Positions 1-14,528 of a DNA stretch of 64,000 bases are shown in pieces; positions within the stretch are counted from its first letter, which is position 1; every line of letters begins with the position of its first letter. Location of the stretch: the NCBI GenBank assembly GCA_002633005.1, contig NMRA01000117.1, forward strand, positions 500,617-564,616, given 5' to 3'. The translations under genes and the position numbers were made by a program. This DNA is from Phoronis australis (taxonomy: Eukaryota; Animalia; Phoronida). The notes below the pieces were generated by a model. The model was not told the DNA's origin. It worked only from the letters and a program-made list of their open reading frames with translations, and did no database searches.

Positions 1-536
1 AAACTGAGTTTTTACAAGCATATCATGCATGCACCGCGTTACCATTCTTCACTGGCGCCATCCAGTGAAAGACCCTGGAGCGCAAGGCAGTTGCCGACGC
101 GAAAGTTAAATCAGGGCTCTCTAACCGACACATGCATTCGATTAGCTAAGTGTGCAACGTGAAAAAGAAGAAAATACATGTTGAAAAAATATCCGCGACT
201 TTTCTTAGACTGACTTGCTATATGGCTGTCATCAAAGTCATTAAAGATACAAAGACTGATAACTCTGCTGAGTGCGAATTCCTTAATTCTGTTCGCAGGC
301 CAAAGTTTTCAACTAAACGTTTGAAAAAACATCCTGTCGGAAGAAATTCGTGAAACGCCCTACTCGCTGAATGACATATTGATACGCGGAAACAATTCAC
401 TGCAAATTTCACAACAAAAAATGTGGGGCTTATGCTGTTTGCCGGTACGTAGTCAATTAGTCATGAAATAAAAGCCTCGAAATGATTTCCGACAGTGTGG
501 GTTTCTACTATTGTGCCGAAAGCGCGTAAAGACATG

Positions 537-1208
537 CCTGTCGTTTGGCGATTAATTTGGATGTCATTTTCACATTTGCTGTCTTTCACGATAAAAAAAC
601 GAGACGCATTTTTCCAAGTCCCGACGATCGTCTGCCGAGACCGCTTTCCGGTGCTAACAGTGGAACCGACCAGTGCCGCAGTGCAATCAGGCATATTGCC
701 GTGGGTGTTGCCCTAATTTGATATTAAGGACACCTTACATGAAAAATAAATGTTTTTCCACCACTAAGCTTGGTAATTTCGTCGTTTAAGAATTAGTAGA
801 AACACCGCTGCTTTCTGACGTATTATCACGTGTTATTCCGAGGTCCGAAACTTTCTTCGGCACATCCGGAAATTTGCAAAAAGCCGAAAGTATTGGTCAA
901 TAAAATGTGTCAAAGACCAATTCTGCATTCCCTTGTTCATGCGACATGTTTACAAGTCATCGGGAGCGCTTTTCTTAATGAATGTTCTTTTGAACTTGAT
1001 TTGGCAACATTCAAATAACGGTCGGAATCACCCGAGTTGCTCTATGGTGTTTCCCAGGTATCTGCCGCGAAGTTTAAAAACTCAGCTCGCATACGTTGGA
1101 AATTCCAGGTCGCATTAGGCGAATTAATGCGAGCTGGCCAAAATCTCAGCTCGCATTTCCAAATTTCAGGTCGCAAATGCGACCTGCAGCTTGTTATGTC
1201 GAGCCCTG
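537..1208 (-). mobile_element. hAT-like non-autonomous DNA element arm (terminus CAGGGCTCGACATAAC)
   Basis: Diverged inverted copy at about 62596..63212; CAGGG terminus; repeated subterminal GCGAGCTG motifs. Confidence 0.55.
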
Positions 1209-1694
1209 GAAGTGTATAGTCAGGGCTAAATACCGACATAACGGCGAGGCTCGTGGTCTACAAATTCTGCGCATTAGACAATGATTTTTTTTCAGGACTG
1301 TCGGATATTATTGATAAATTGAAGTTGTTACTGCAGAACTTTAGGACTGTAGGTAAGGCATTTTTCGCACGTACATGTTCATGGACTGTGTGCTTATTTT
1401 AGCGAAGTCTGAATACGCGTGGGGGGCGCTTGTAGGGGCATAGGCGGTTATTACGGCAAATACGGTAAGTTGTTTTTGGGTGGCATTCTCCTTTAAAAGT
1501 ACAACACATATTGGCAATGGGAACATGAAGGCTAGTTTAAACTTTTTTTGTTTTTGATGGGACACAGGAAGCAGCACCTGCTCTACCTATAAATATAACC
1601 GCTTTGATGCAATCCAGTTAAAGTCACTAAAGTCACTCACAAAGCACAAATTAAAGGAACATAAATGCTTTTGTAGCTGAAAAATTCTGTTTAA

Positions 1695-1990
1695 GGATTA
1701 TTGTTGATTGGGATAGACTTCTCAAAGTTATTATTGTTGGATGTGATACACTTCTTGTAGTTATTGTTGGATGGGATTGACTTCTTGAAGTTACTATTGT
1801 TGGATGGGGTAGACTTCATGAAGTTATTATTGTTGGATGGGGTAGATTTCATGAAGTTCTTATTGTTGGATGGGGTAGACTTCATGAAGTTTGGTGTGAT
1901 AGACTTCTAAAAGTCATTATTGTTGTTAATTGGGATAGACTTCTCAAAGTTATTGTTGTTGATTGAGATAGAATTCTCAAAGTTATTAGC
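1695..1990. repeat. Degenerate ~33-bp minisatellite
   Basis: Repeated gttattattgttggatggggtagacttcatgaa-like units. Confidence 0.75.
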
Positions 1991-2613
1991 TGTGACCTGA
2001 AAAACTCATTGTGTTATTGTAATTTTATTAAAAATTGGCAATTATCGCTATTGTCTGACTATCACTAATATCAAGGCTGGTGTTCTTACTGCTATTCAGC
2101 TACTGCTGCGGATTTAGTGGCTTTGATTCCATGCTACTTCTAATTTCTGTAAAATAACTTTTCTCGCCGAGAATGTCGCTTTAAAGAGATTTTTTTCACG
2201 AAAAAACATGTTTTATGAACATGTCCTGTTCATTGTATAATGTGTTACAGCAAGAACCCAATGGAAACTGGAAGTTACTGCTAACTAGAAAAAAATCAAT
2301 GTTCTTGGGACTTAAGTGGCTTAACACATTTGATCATGTGTCAATAATTAGTCCACCTTGGGAACTACTTATTCCCACCTGGTGGACTGACATGTAGCCA
2401 CTTGTCGTGGCTGAAATTGAGTGTTCTTGAACCTATACTGTCACGAAGTAGATTACAAAATTTGGAATATCGCACATAACCTAGGTATAGACCAGTAAAC
2501 AGAAACAGGTACCTAGAAATTCTTGGTAGTATAAGGTTTTCGTTCTTTCATGCCTAAGTGCCTCCCTTGAAGAGTTTTAGCTGGGTTGTAATTTGACAGC
2601 CTTGAGCATTTTT

Positions 2614-3950
2614 ATACGCCCACATATTTATATGTGGACGCATTATGCCGTCATCTCCATCCGTCCGTCCGTACGGGCGGCGTCTGTCCGGCGTCCGACG
2701 TCCGCTGCTCTATCTCCAAAACCTTTTGACTTATGTTCATGAAATTTGGCACACATGTTCCATTCATGAATGGGACAGCATGTGCGAACTTTCGGACGGA
2801 TCCGACTACCGGTGTGCCCCCTAGTGGCAATTTTATTTGTTTACGCTTTGTATCTTCAAAAGTCCTGAACGGATTTTCATGAAATTTGGTATGTAGGCAC
2901 CTATTAGTGAGATGACGCTATCCTCTCATTTTCAGATGGATTCGACATAGTTTGCGCCACCTAGTGGCCATTTTTAGTGTTTTCGAGTCTGTTTTTGTGC
3001 GTCCACCCCTCTATCAACCAAATCGCTCAAAGGATGATTGTGAAAATTGGCATGTATATGCTTGCTATGTAGAGGACGGTTGACAATGATTTTCCAACCA
3101 TTTCGACTACTGTGGCGCCTCCTAGTGGCAGTTTTTTTTTTTCGCCTATCGCTGTATCTCCTAAACCGTTCTCAGGATCTTTACAAAATTGTTTAAGTAT
3201 ATTTATGTGATGTTAACAACAAAACATGACGACTTTTGGACGGATCCGACTACCAGTGTGCCCCCTAGTGGCAATTTTAGGTTTTTATGCTTACCTTTGT
3301 ATCTTCAAAAATCCTGAACCGATTTTCATGAAATTTGGTATGTAAGCACCTATTAGTGAGGTGACGCTATCCTCCCGTTTTCAGATGGATTCGACATAGT
3401 TTGCGCCACCTAGTGGCCATTTTTACTGTTTTCGAGTCTGTATTTTTGCGTCCACCCCTCTATCAACCAAACCGCTCAANATTTATGTGATGTTGACAAC
3501 GGACGATGACGACTTTAGGATGATTCTGACTACCGGTATGCCTCTAGTGGCAATTTAAGTATTTCACATTGACCTCTGTATTTTCATAGGTCTTCAGGTG
3601 TATACTGTGTGTTACTTCGTGACTATGAAGGAAAAGTTCCAAGTAGAAATTTGTTTCTGGCATTCTAATGCTGTGCTAATCTCGTATGTTGGTAAATTTG
3701 TTTTAAATTCTATGTTTCTGTGGTGCTTTAAGCAACTGATGTATAGGATGTGCTTGTATTAAAAAGATCACTCACATTTTGTCCCTAGCCTATTGAGGAG
3801 ACAATGACCATGCCTTTCCATTTTGCAAAGTACAACATACTTCATATATGCCCTCTACTGGCCACTTTATGGTACCAATAAACAACTCTAGAAGGATACC
3901 GTATACGGTGCAATTGTGGACGTATTTCAACGCTCTGCGTTGCTCTTGTT
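2614..3950 (+). mobile_element. Helentron-associated (HINE/DINE-1-like) element, copy 1
   Basis: 5' T-run, subTIR atacgcccaca with a partial inverted copy, (ccgt)n microsatellite, ~150-bp core repeats, 3' subTIR tgtggacgtat, terminal hairpin caacgc-tct-gcgttg. Contains an n at 3480. Confidence 0.8.
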
Positions 3951-6900
3951 TAAGTATGCAGATTAAGGCTGCCATTATGCAAAATTTTGTTCTGTTTATT
4001 ACTTCATTGCCAAGCAAGCTGGTAGATAATGGTGATGTTTTCACTGATGTTTCTATGGCCAGTGAATTTAATGAAGCTACTTCGAGGTGGATTTGTGGAG
4101 AAGTTGCATAAAGTATGCAAATTATGGCAACCATTAATGAAAGTCCTATTTGTGCTTGTAGCTGAGATATCAGACGTCACAGGTTAGATATTTGCACCTG
4201 TGTTTATGTGAACATTCAGCTACTTTGAAGGTGTATACATAAAAAATTTGCATAAATTATGAAAATTGAGATAGCCATTATTGAAAATCCTACATGTGGT
4301 TAGTATGGTAACGTAACTGCAGTATGAGGCTCCACACATTAATTATATTGATATTTACACCAATGCTTCTGTGATCAGTTAATCGAATGAAATAAGTTTG
4401 TAGGTTTCTGGTTGATAAATTTGCAAATAAATGATGCCATTACTTAAAATTGTGTTCCTTCCAATAACTTCGATACAGGGAGGGTGAAATGGGGGTGGGG
4501 GTAGGGGGGGTGGGGCAGTACATGTAGATAATCCACATCCATGTTCTTGTGGTCAGTGAACATAATGAAATCATTGTATGATGACTCAATGTAAATTGTG
4601 ACCACCAATAGTAGTTTGGTAGATTGCCTTGGTTACATGACCCCTACATGATTTGATTGAGATTTTGAGACTTTTGCGTGATTGTACCATCTGAAACAAG
4701 ATCTGAAATCATATTCAGAAGTGTGCTTTAGTATGGATAATTATCTTCTCTTAATGAAGTCAGTAAAGGCCCTTTCTTACTAATATTGACGTGTCGATGG
4801 TTTGAGGAGTTGTATTCAGTAGAAATGGTCAGCTTCTTGATCGAAGGTAGCAACGCCAGTTAACTTCACAGCAAACCGGTGCATTTAACAGCTGAGTATC
4901 CATGCTACGGTGCAGTATGAACGGTCAACCTCAGTCTCATTAAAGGTATTGCGAGGGGCCACTAGTTGCTATTGTCAACAATTAAAAGGCAGTGTCGTTG
5001 CTATATTTTGCTTGAATAATCACCAAACAGATTAGAAAAAAGTTTTATGTCAATTATTACTCGTGAATGTCCAAAAAAGTTACATTAAAAAAATTTAGTG
5101 TGCACAGGTTGAAAAACCCGCCATTTTTCTGTCTACCTCAAACGTGACCTTATTCATTAGTGCTAACTTACGATTACTTTGATAACATGTGATCTATTGT
5201 TTACTTTGATGTTGTGAACTACCAAAGTTGGTATGAACGGGTCAATTAACTTCACGTTCTGCCAGTCGCTCATACTGGAGTTAAGTTGGTATGAAATGGC
5301 CATAAGATCGCGCACCAAGATATTTTTACATATACCCCAGTATATACTTCATTGCATTCAAGGCCAGAGACCCAAAGTACAAAAACGAACATACATACAA
5401 GCACAGTTATATACAAAACATGGAGTTAAAAAAATTTTCTCTGCGCACTGTGACTAAATATAGTCGAACTTTACAATGTTACTGTCAATTAATAGCATGT
5501 CATACACAGCTTAATTTATCCAACAATTCGTTATGGAGCTGAAATCTGGGGGTTTAGAGTATGACAGCACAGTACAGTTTCACATAAAAATCTGTAAAAT
5601 GGTACTTTGTGTGAGCATTTCTTGTTCCAATGCAGCCGTATTTAGTGAATGTGGGGCGTTATCCACTGTTTACAAAACATTTTATCACATATTTAACTAT
5701 TGGTTTAAGATAATGAAATTGTCGTCAAGCAGGTATGTCTGAGCACCAAGATAATTCATACATACTGGCTTTACCTTTTCAACTATTTAATAATAAGCTT
5801 TAAAAAATTGTGTGGAACATTTCCAAAGTAAATAACTGATACCAAACCTGTGATATTTAAAACCATATCCAAATTTTGTCAGTCCAAAGGAGCCACTTTG
5901 AGTTATGTAACACCTTTTTAGTGTTGAACTTAGGCATGAATTCCCCAACAAAGTTATAGCCAAGACAGTTCTGTACCCAGGCTCTCCCTGTGAGGGACTG
6001 TACAACTGAATTGGTGTCTCCAGCTGAAAAAAATATCATGGGCTGGTTGTGGTAAAGTATCGAAAACTACAATTTGCACTGGTCCTGTACGCTTATTGTG
6101 GGTTCAGTGTTGAGGGGAAAAGTGTTGCCCATAATTATGCGAGAGTTTGTTCTTATTTTACGATCATTACATTCAATAAGAAATTCATTTGAAGGTCACG
6201 TGAGCTCTGAAGAAGTTTTAGGCTTTTAATTTTACGCTCATATTTCCACTTGTAATTTTAAGCGCGCATTTTTGCGCTCGTAAAATACAACTCGCGTAAG
6301 ATTGAATGGTCTGTTGTTAAGGTTATGTAAGACCTTAAAAATCACCAAATTTGGCTACCTTCGGAGTTGGATTTATATAAAACTTTTAGATTTATGCTTA
6401 ACAAAAATTCTTGGACGTGAAAAGTGTTAATGTATCATGCTCCATTCAACCTTCCGTTCATACTTTACAAGGGTAAATTTATGAGCACACAACTTCATCA
6501 GAGCTTACATGACCGACAAACCGTGCACGGTTAGCAAAAGGTCCCAGTTTCGAGTCACAGGTGGGGTAGAATTCCATAGAAATCTTTTCAAACAGAGATT
6601 CAATAGGTCACGTGATGTGGCCAACAGGTGGCGTGCTGACTAGACTGTGTTTGCGATCTACATTTCCAAGCCGGTTTAAGATTTGTATATTCATATAATT
6701 AAAAATATCAAAACGTCGAGCTACATCATTCTCGTTTCAACAACCTGATTTTAAATATCTGAAGGGGTCCACTTTCAGTGCATACATGACATAAGTCAAT
6801 TCCCAAACCACTGATTTGCAGCTAGAATTTAAGGCATGACTGAGGAATCTGGTTCCTTGAACTTGGGACATCATGTATGGATCATTTTGGGTGTCTAGAT

Positions 6901-7659
6901 GTCGAGTTTAGGGATGTGAATATGAGGTTTTGCACCTCAGGTTTGATGGGTGCTGGTCTGGGACTGGAGTTCAGGGGATTGTAACTGCATTTAATTCAGA
7001 GGGGCTTGCATAGATCGGAAGGCTGTGTTTCTACCCCTTGATAATTAGCTGAACACTGTCCTTTGTGGATAAACAAGAATGAATTGCATGAATTGTAGAT
7101 ACCTTGTAATTGATTTCAATTGTTTGATTCATGTGCATAATTTGTATCTGTAGTTATTGTATCTTCAAGGGGGCATTCAAAATGGATAATGCCTACTTGT
7201 ATTTGCATAAATTACCGATATAAGCTATGCTAATTTATGATGTTATGACCTGCAAAACTGATTTCATGAAATTCATTGGCCACGAAAACATGGGTGCAAA
7301 TATCAAGATGATCTACTTGAAGTGTTCAGTAAGGCATTCACAACAGAAACAGAATTTTAGATACACTGGGCATAAATTATGCAAATCATACAACAGCCTG
7401 TAAACTGATTTCACTAAATTAATTGACCATAGAAAAATGGGATCAAATATCAGTATCATTTACCTGTGGTGTTGTTTATCACAGCTATATGCTTTTGTAG
7501 CTTTTAAATAATGGCGTTAATTTGCTTAAAGTATGCCAATTCATTTATCTGCCATTATATCTCCATTTGAATTCTCCGACACCCATTTTTCGGAGTAGGG
7601 GAATCTTGTTAAGCACAGAGTTGAGACCATGATGGTAAGCTGTATACATATATACTATG

Positions 7660-8984
7660 TAGCGAGCAAAAAAGGATTTAATAGAACCACCTTGGAAGTG
7701 CACAACTTCATGGAAATTTGATTACTACTTATCTGAGGTCAAAGGTTACGGGGCTGTCACTCAAATCAAATTTCCCCCCAAGCACAGAGCAGCTCCGTAT
7801 GTACTCTCAGTCCTTTCATTCACCGATTTGCCATAATTTTGAGTCAATGACGTACATACGGTATGATAGAAAGATGCCAGGGAAACGAAGACAAAACATA
7901 GTTTTGATCCTGAGGGAGTTGTTTGTCTGCATGCATACGAATGTTCAATGAGAATGACTGCTATGAGTGGCCTCATGCCTCTGTGACACTGTGTTCACGA
8001 ACACACCCATTGGCAAATTCCTTAATTTGATAGGTAATTTGACATTTCACTATTTCGATCTCATGCTCACAACGTGCTTTAACCACCAACTCGATTTCTG
8101 CTATCCATTTGGTAATTGGTTTCATATCAGCCTCCCAGCGTGTGGTGTGTATAACAATGAACTGTTGACCTACTTTGAAGTGGACCGTATTGCAGGAGCG
8201 TGACCCACTTAATATGTTGGCTCCGCCTATGACCTAGTTGGTCTCGATGCATTGGAAATCGACTTGGCTAATTAAACATTTTCGTGATAATTAAGTTAAT
8301 TACACACTGCAACTTCAGTTGACATTGTGCGTGAATGTTGAAATAATGAACACAGCTAAGGGGTGTATACTCAGTCTGGTAGTTTATATTGACCAAAAAC
8401 AAGTTTTCACCAAATAATTGGCCAAAAACCTTGAGATTTTCACCTGTTCCAACTTCACCGGCTTTTTCTCACCTTCGGCAAATCGACTTAATTTCAACTA
8501 AGGAACATGAGTTCTCGAAAACGGCTCGGTGTATTTCGCTGAAACTTTCCAAACTTAATATTTATTCATCATTCTCAAAAACGCTGTTAGGATTGGCGAT
8601 ATAATGTAGCAAAGACAAATATGACTGCTATTTTTTGCAAAAGTATCTTACTTTTTGCGAGTGGATTTGTCATAAAAATTAAACTAATGACTAATTGAAA
8701 ATTCCAAATAGTGTTTTTAAGGTAACTGGTGAAATTTTCATTTAAAAAAGGCTTCATTAAAATCGACCAAGGGGTTGTTTTACTATGATGTACCATTCTT
8801 AAAAATGAAATTTTGATTTTAAAAAGGTGTTAACGTAATAACAGTAACGATACATAAATATAAAACATATTTATATATTCCGATCTTTTTCTTTCAGAAA
8901 ATATATACTTTTACTAGGTGACAAAACCTATTTTTTTGATATATGAGTTAGAATGGAAGCCACTAAATAAGGTTTGAGATGACC
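7660..8984. mobile_element. Diverged, inverted, one-end-truncated copy of the 11546..13067 element
   Basis: 7660-8350 aligns to the reverse complement of 12950-12300 and 8575-8984 to that of 11980-11546; ends gagatgacc|ttaa. Confidence 0.65.
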
Positions 8985-11545
8985 TTAAAACCAAAGTTAA
9001 CCACACATTTGATTACTGTGCTTGGTATGATACTTATTACGACTTCATCAGTAATTTACCTGAAATAGTAAGTAATTTACATATGCCCATAGGTTTCTCC
9101 ATTAATTAGATCACCCTTCTGACATGTACACAGGTGGCCGAACTTGAATAACGAAATTGAAAGAGAAGCAGTAACCTCACAGAATTACTGTAATTAAGTG
9201 TCTCTTGTTACTCAAGCTTGCTCATTTACTACTTGATTTGCCATCACCTTTCAGGAAATAGAGTTGACACCTTCAATGAAATAACGTTTTTCAAGTTTCT
9301 TTGTGTGTGGCAAAAGTGACAGAAGAAAAACGAGTGAAATGATACAAGACTTGACGAGGAGGTTGTAACATGATTCATATAGATACCATTATCCACTCTC
9401 TTAAACATGTATTTGAAGGCTCCTAACTAAGCTAATGTACAACAGAAACAAAAACAGCCATGCTGTTTGCACATCATCTATGCTTAGCAAAGTTGCAGTT
9501 GTATTCACTGACCACTTGTAAGTTTATGTGAAAACAAAAAATTCTGCAAATTGGTGACCTTTGCACAAGTACTGTGGGGGCTCACATAGTCAGCATTATG
9601 CATCATGCAGTGTTATTCCTCAACACCTCACAATACTTACTCTACGGTTGAGTGATTTACTGTGGATCATTTTCGACTCAAAAGTCATTCTTGTTAAAAA
9701 CATTTGGCAGGTTTCAACGTACTTCATATTCACATTGTCGATTTGTGTTGAGTTTTGCCCTTAGGAAACTATCAAAGCAATTCCCTGTCGTTAATTCTCG
9801 TGATACACATTTGAGGTCTGAACATTTTACACTCACAACTTATTCATCTGTGTTCACAGCTCTTACTGAGATATATCACACTGTTGTAAATAAGAGGTGA
9901 AAGGGGTGACTTTGATGGTTATCTGGTCACTTGACAGTCATGTTTTAAAGAATGTTTCATCAATAATGGGGTAAAGTACTCAGTTTATCTTATGTTTTTG
10001 TTGTAAACAGGAGGTGAAAGGGATGACCTGGATGAGGGTGCATGTGAGTCATATGTGGTCAAATAAAGAGTGTTTCACCAGTTATGGGGTACAGTACTCT
10101 TATGTGGATCATAATGTTGGCAATCCATTGGCCACATTTTGTTTCATTGTATCTCAATTTATTTGGCACCCCCCTCGACTATCAGGAAAATACAATTGAT
10201 TTCTATTGCATCCATGTTTAGGACATTAAAAAGATTGAAGATTTTTAAGCCAGTCTCAGTTTTTAAGCTAGCAATACAACTCCGAATAAGAGAATAAGAG
10301 AATATTCTTTTGACCACTCAGCATGGAGTGCCTGTGTGTGAACAGCCTCACTGATAAAAAGTTTGACAGAGTTATTGCCATGATCAAGAGCCTTGACCTG
10401 TCTACACTATAGGGTTTCTTGAGGTCCTGACTGTAAGCTGTCAAACTTTTGATGCTAATTACACACAGGCCCTCCATTGGCATGCTGAGAGGTCACTGAG
10501 AGGTCACTCATCAGGAATGATGGAGCATGCAGGTTGTAGTTGTGGTAGTTTTTAGTTGGCAGATCTTGTGCCTTGCATTGTGATGTGAAGTGAACATTAT
10601 GTTACGATATTTTGTTTTCTGTCTACTATTGTACCTGAGGATGGTATTTGTTAAATATTGAAATGAAGCTTTCATGTTGCAGTGTGGCATTTTGTTTTCC
10701 ACTTCGTACTTGATATTCTCGTTAATTTCTCAATTTTCTGATGACTTCTCATATGATCGATTATCAATGTTTAGGCCACAGCTCTGACATCCTTTGATGG
10801 ATCTTTTTTTTAATTGGTATTTTAATAGATCTTGACAATTGCTACGTAGAAATGTAGTCATTTTTGGATCTTTCTTAAATTGGTGTTTAAATAGATCTTG
10901 ACAATCACTACGTGGAAATGTAGTCATTTTTGTGCTGGAACTCACTCATCTCATCTCATCATAGTGACTGTCATCATGAATTGTCAGTCAAAAATAATTA
11001 TACCATGCAACAAAGATAATATGAAATAAGCATTAATACAAATAACCAAGAAAGTAGACCATTAAAGTTGAGTTGACGGAGGTGTATAACAAAGAGATAT
11101 GCTAGAACATAATCTGTAAGGTGAAACAAAGGATCTATCAACAAAACAATAATATAGTGCATTAAAATTAACCTTGTCTGAAACTAATAAATATCGAAAG
11201 AATTCTTACTTCCATACTAAAACAATTAGGATGACCTGCAATTTCTTTATTTGTGTGTAATAGTTCCAAATGTTGTCATACTAGTAGTTTAAGGAGTCAG
11301 AAAAGTAATTGTCACTGTTAATGAAGCATTTCATGTGAAAACATTGTGCACTGTTGGTCTCTCCACATAGACTTTAGATTGGAAAGTGTTAGTTTCCTGG
11401 CTTCAAATCCGGCTACGACTGTAGTCATTCACAGTTCAGTATCCTCCATTATTTCAAATCTGACAAAATTGTTGGCCTTAATACTGTTAGTATTGGTAAA
11501 AAGGAATTTTAGAGTGTTTGATTGACATGCCAGGACTTAGGTTAA

Positions 11546-13067
11546 GGTTATCTCCAACCTTATTTAGTGGCCTTCATTCTAACTCGTATATCAAAAAAAC
11601 TAAGCTTTGTCAACTAGTAAAAGTATATATTTTATGAAAGAACAAAGACTACTTTTTTGTATTTATGTGCCATTATTATTTTTACGTAAAAACCTTTTTT
11701 AATTCAAAATTTCATTTTTAAGAAAGGTATGGTACATTCATATAGCAAAGTTAACCCCTCGGTCGATGTTAATGAAACCTTTTTTAAATGAAAACTTCAC
11801 CAGTTACCTCAAAAATGCTGTTAGGAATTTTGGATTAGTCTTATCGTTTGGTTTCTATGACAAATCAACCCGCAAAACATAAGGTATTTTTGTAAAAAAT
11901 TGAAGTCATATTCGTCTTAGTGTCACATTACGCAAAAACTAGGCTTTTATATCAAAAATCCTAACAGTGTTTTTGAGATTAGTGTTCTTAAGTTCAAATA
12001 ATGATTTGCAATAGTCTGCCACATCTTTTTGCATGCCTACCCAAAAGTAGCGATTGCTAATCAAGGCAAATGTTCTCTCATACCCTTAGGTGCCCAGCTG
12101 CATCATGCAGAGACACCATAATCTAACTTCGTAGCGACTGTGGCACAACTAACGTACTAACAACTTCATTATCAACTGAAGAGACCCTGTATATGAACAG
12201 CATTCCCCGATCTAAGTACAGACTATTCCAATACCTCAAATATTTCCGTACACCGCTATTTGCGGTGTCAACAGGCTTACGTCCCGTCACACTATGTTAG
12301 CTATTTCAACGTTCACTCGCAATGTCAACTGATTTTGCAGTTCGTAACTAACTTATTACCATTAAAACCTCAAATAGACGTATTGTTCCCAGCCAACTTT
12401 TACTGTTGTTTACGACCTACTTTCTAAGTAGGTCACAGTTCATAGCCTGTACACATCACGTGCTGGGAGACTGATATGAAACCAAGTAAGAAATGGATTA
12501 CAAAAATCGAATCGGTGGTTAAAGTATGTCGTTAGCATGAGATCGAAACATTGAAATGTCAACTTATTCATTGAATTAAGGAATTAGGGTGAGGATTATC
12601 TCTTTTCACAGCTTTCTGTGTTCTTGACCATAGAGGCTTGAGGCGACTCATAGCATTCGTTTTCAACGCCAACGGTCGTATGCATGTAGACGTACATTAC
12701 TCCCTTAGGGTAAAAACTACGTTTTGTCTTTGCTTTCGCCGGCCCATTCTATCATAAGTACACCTCGTTGGCTCAATGTTATGGCACTTTGTGAATGAAA
12801 AGACTGAGGGTATGCGAAGCTATTCTGTACCTGGCGGGAGATTCGATACAATTGAAAGCCCTTTAACCTTTGACCTTGGATAAGTTGTAAACAAATATCC
12901 ACGCGGTTGTGCGGTTTCACTGAAAGTGGTTTTGCTAAATCTTTTTTTTCTCGTTACGCGGATATTTTGTATTTGAAGTTCCCGAGAATGAAGATAAGGT
13001 ATTATGCTAGACACAAGTGAAATATTGTAAAAATGGCCAATTTTTGTGAATTATGTTGGAGATAACC
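11546..13067. mobile_element. Kolobok-like non-autonomous DNA transposon (TTAA TSD, TIR GGTTATCTCCAAC)
   Basis: ttaa|ggttatctccaac ... gttggagataacc|ttaa. Confidence 0.72.
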
Positions 13068-14168
13068 TTAAGAGGCTCAATATCACCACATCTCAAACCT
13101 GCAACAACACAATGAGTGTTATTAGGTTCATGAACATCCTGGAAGGATGACCTGTGAATGACCCCATTGTGTTACAAGAAAAGTGTCTTCCACAGCATTG
13201 GTTAACTTGAATAACATGGAGGTAGTAGGTAAATTTTTGTTCTTCTGTATAGAGATCAGTGCAGGTGCCAGCATCCTCAGCTCCGAATTTGCCTGAGCAA
13301 AGGATACCAATTATAACAGTGTGCCTGCATGTTAATATTGAGTCAAACTGGACAGAAATTTGTCGCAGAACTTTCACCTGACAGTTTAGTTTCTTCTTGC
13401 ATGTCTAATTAAAGTGTCTCTTATGCATTACTTAAACAGTTTCCATGTTTTAAGTTGCACATTTTCAGTAAAATGAAGTTTATATGGATTAACATGTTAC
13501 ATATGGTGAATGGTAAACAACAGCATTTACACACAAGCTGTCGCCCATCATGATTTCTGGTACCCTTGATAGATGTAGGTTATACATTTACTGTGGGTAC
13601 CAGAGTAAGAAATCTTGGCAACTAAAGTTTGTGTAAGCCAGATCGAATTTTAAAAGCATGTTTTCTTAAATCTGATCTTGATGAAAAAGCAGACTAATAC
13701 AAATGTGTGGTTTGCATGCATAACATGTGGTGACAGTATTTTTCGCAGTATATCTGGCTGTGTGGAAAACATAATAGTCAGATAGGGCCATCTGGGATTA
13801 AACGACGATAGAACTCTTCTTTGTCCTGGAGATAAGAAAGTGTGTGACCTCATTTTAGAAATCGAGCACATTTTGTGCCTGTTGCTCATGTCAGGAAGGT
13901 GAAGAATTTCAGATCATGCATCCACGGGTATTTGTTCATTTTATCAAACTTTCTCAAGTCGCAGTTCCAACCTGGCCAAAGCAGTAATACTTCATTGGCA
14001 ACTGAGAAAAAACTTGTAAAGAATCAGACAACAAATAACATATGAAACTCCAGTGGCACTAAAATGAGGCAACAAATGTGCCTGACGAATGTTTACAACA
14101 TTTTGGGTAAATGCAGCGAGATTCGAGTGTCACTGTGTAATCTGGGACGGCACTGTTGTTGAAGATTT

Positions 14169-14456
14169 TGTCAGGGAAGGGTAGCCTACAATTCTGTCAG
14201 TGAAGGGTAGCCTACAATTCTGTCAGTGAAGGGTAGCCTACAATTCTGTCAGTGAAGGGTAGCCTACAATTCTGTCAGGGAAGGGTAGCCTACAATTCTG
14301 TCAGTGAAGCTTAGCCTACAATTCTGTCAGGGAAGGGTAGCCTACAATTCTGTCAGTGAAGTGTAGCCTACAATTCTGTCACGGAAGGGTAGCCTACAAT
14401 TATGTCAGTGAAGGGTATCCTACAATTCTGTCAGGGAAGGGTAGCCTACAATTCTG
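14169..14456. repeat. 26-bp minisatellite, ~11 copies
   Basis: Unit tgtcagtgaagggtagcctacaattc. Confidence 0.95.
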
Positions 14457-14528
14457 GAAATGTGTTTGTTCTGTTTATTTTGAAAAAATAATGCATGTTG
14501 AAAGGGCATCATTAGAGAATACATTTTT

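Noticed and set aside
1691-1885. ORF with MKSTPSNNNNF repeats
   Set aside because: Translation of a degenerate minisatellite; no splice or homology support.
3960-4450. Recurring ttgcataaattatgcaaat (octamer-like) words, also at 7200-7545
   Set aside because: Looks like an old degenerate dispersed repeat; boundaries and function cannot be supported.
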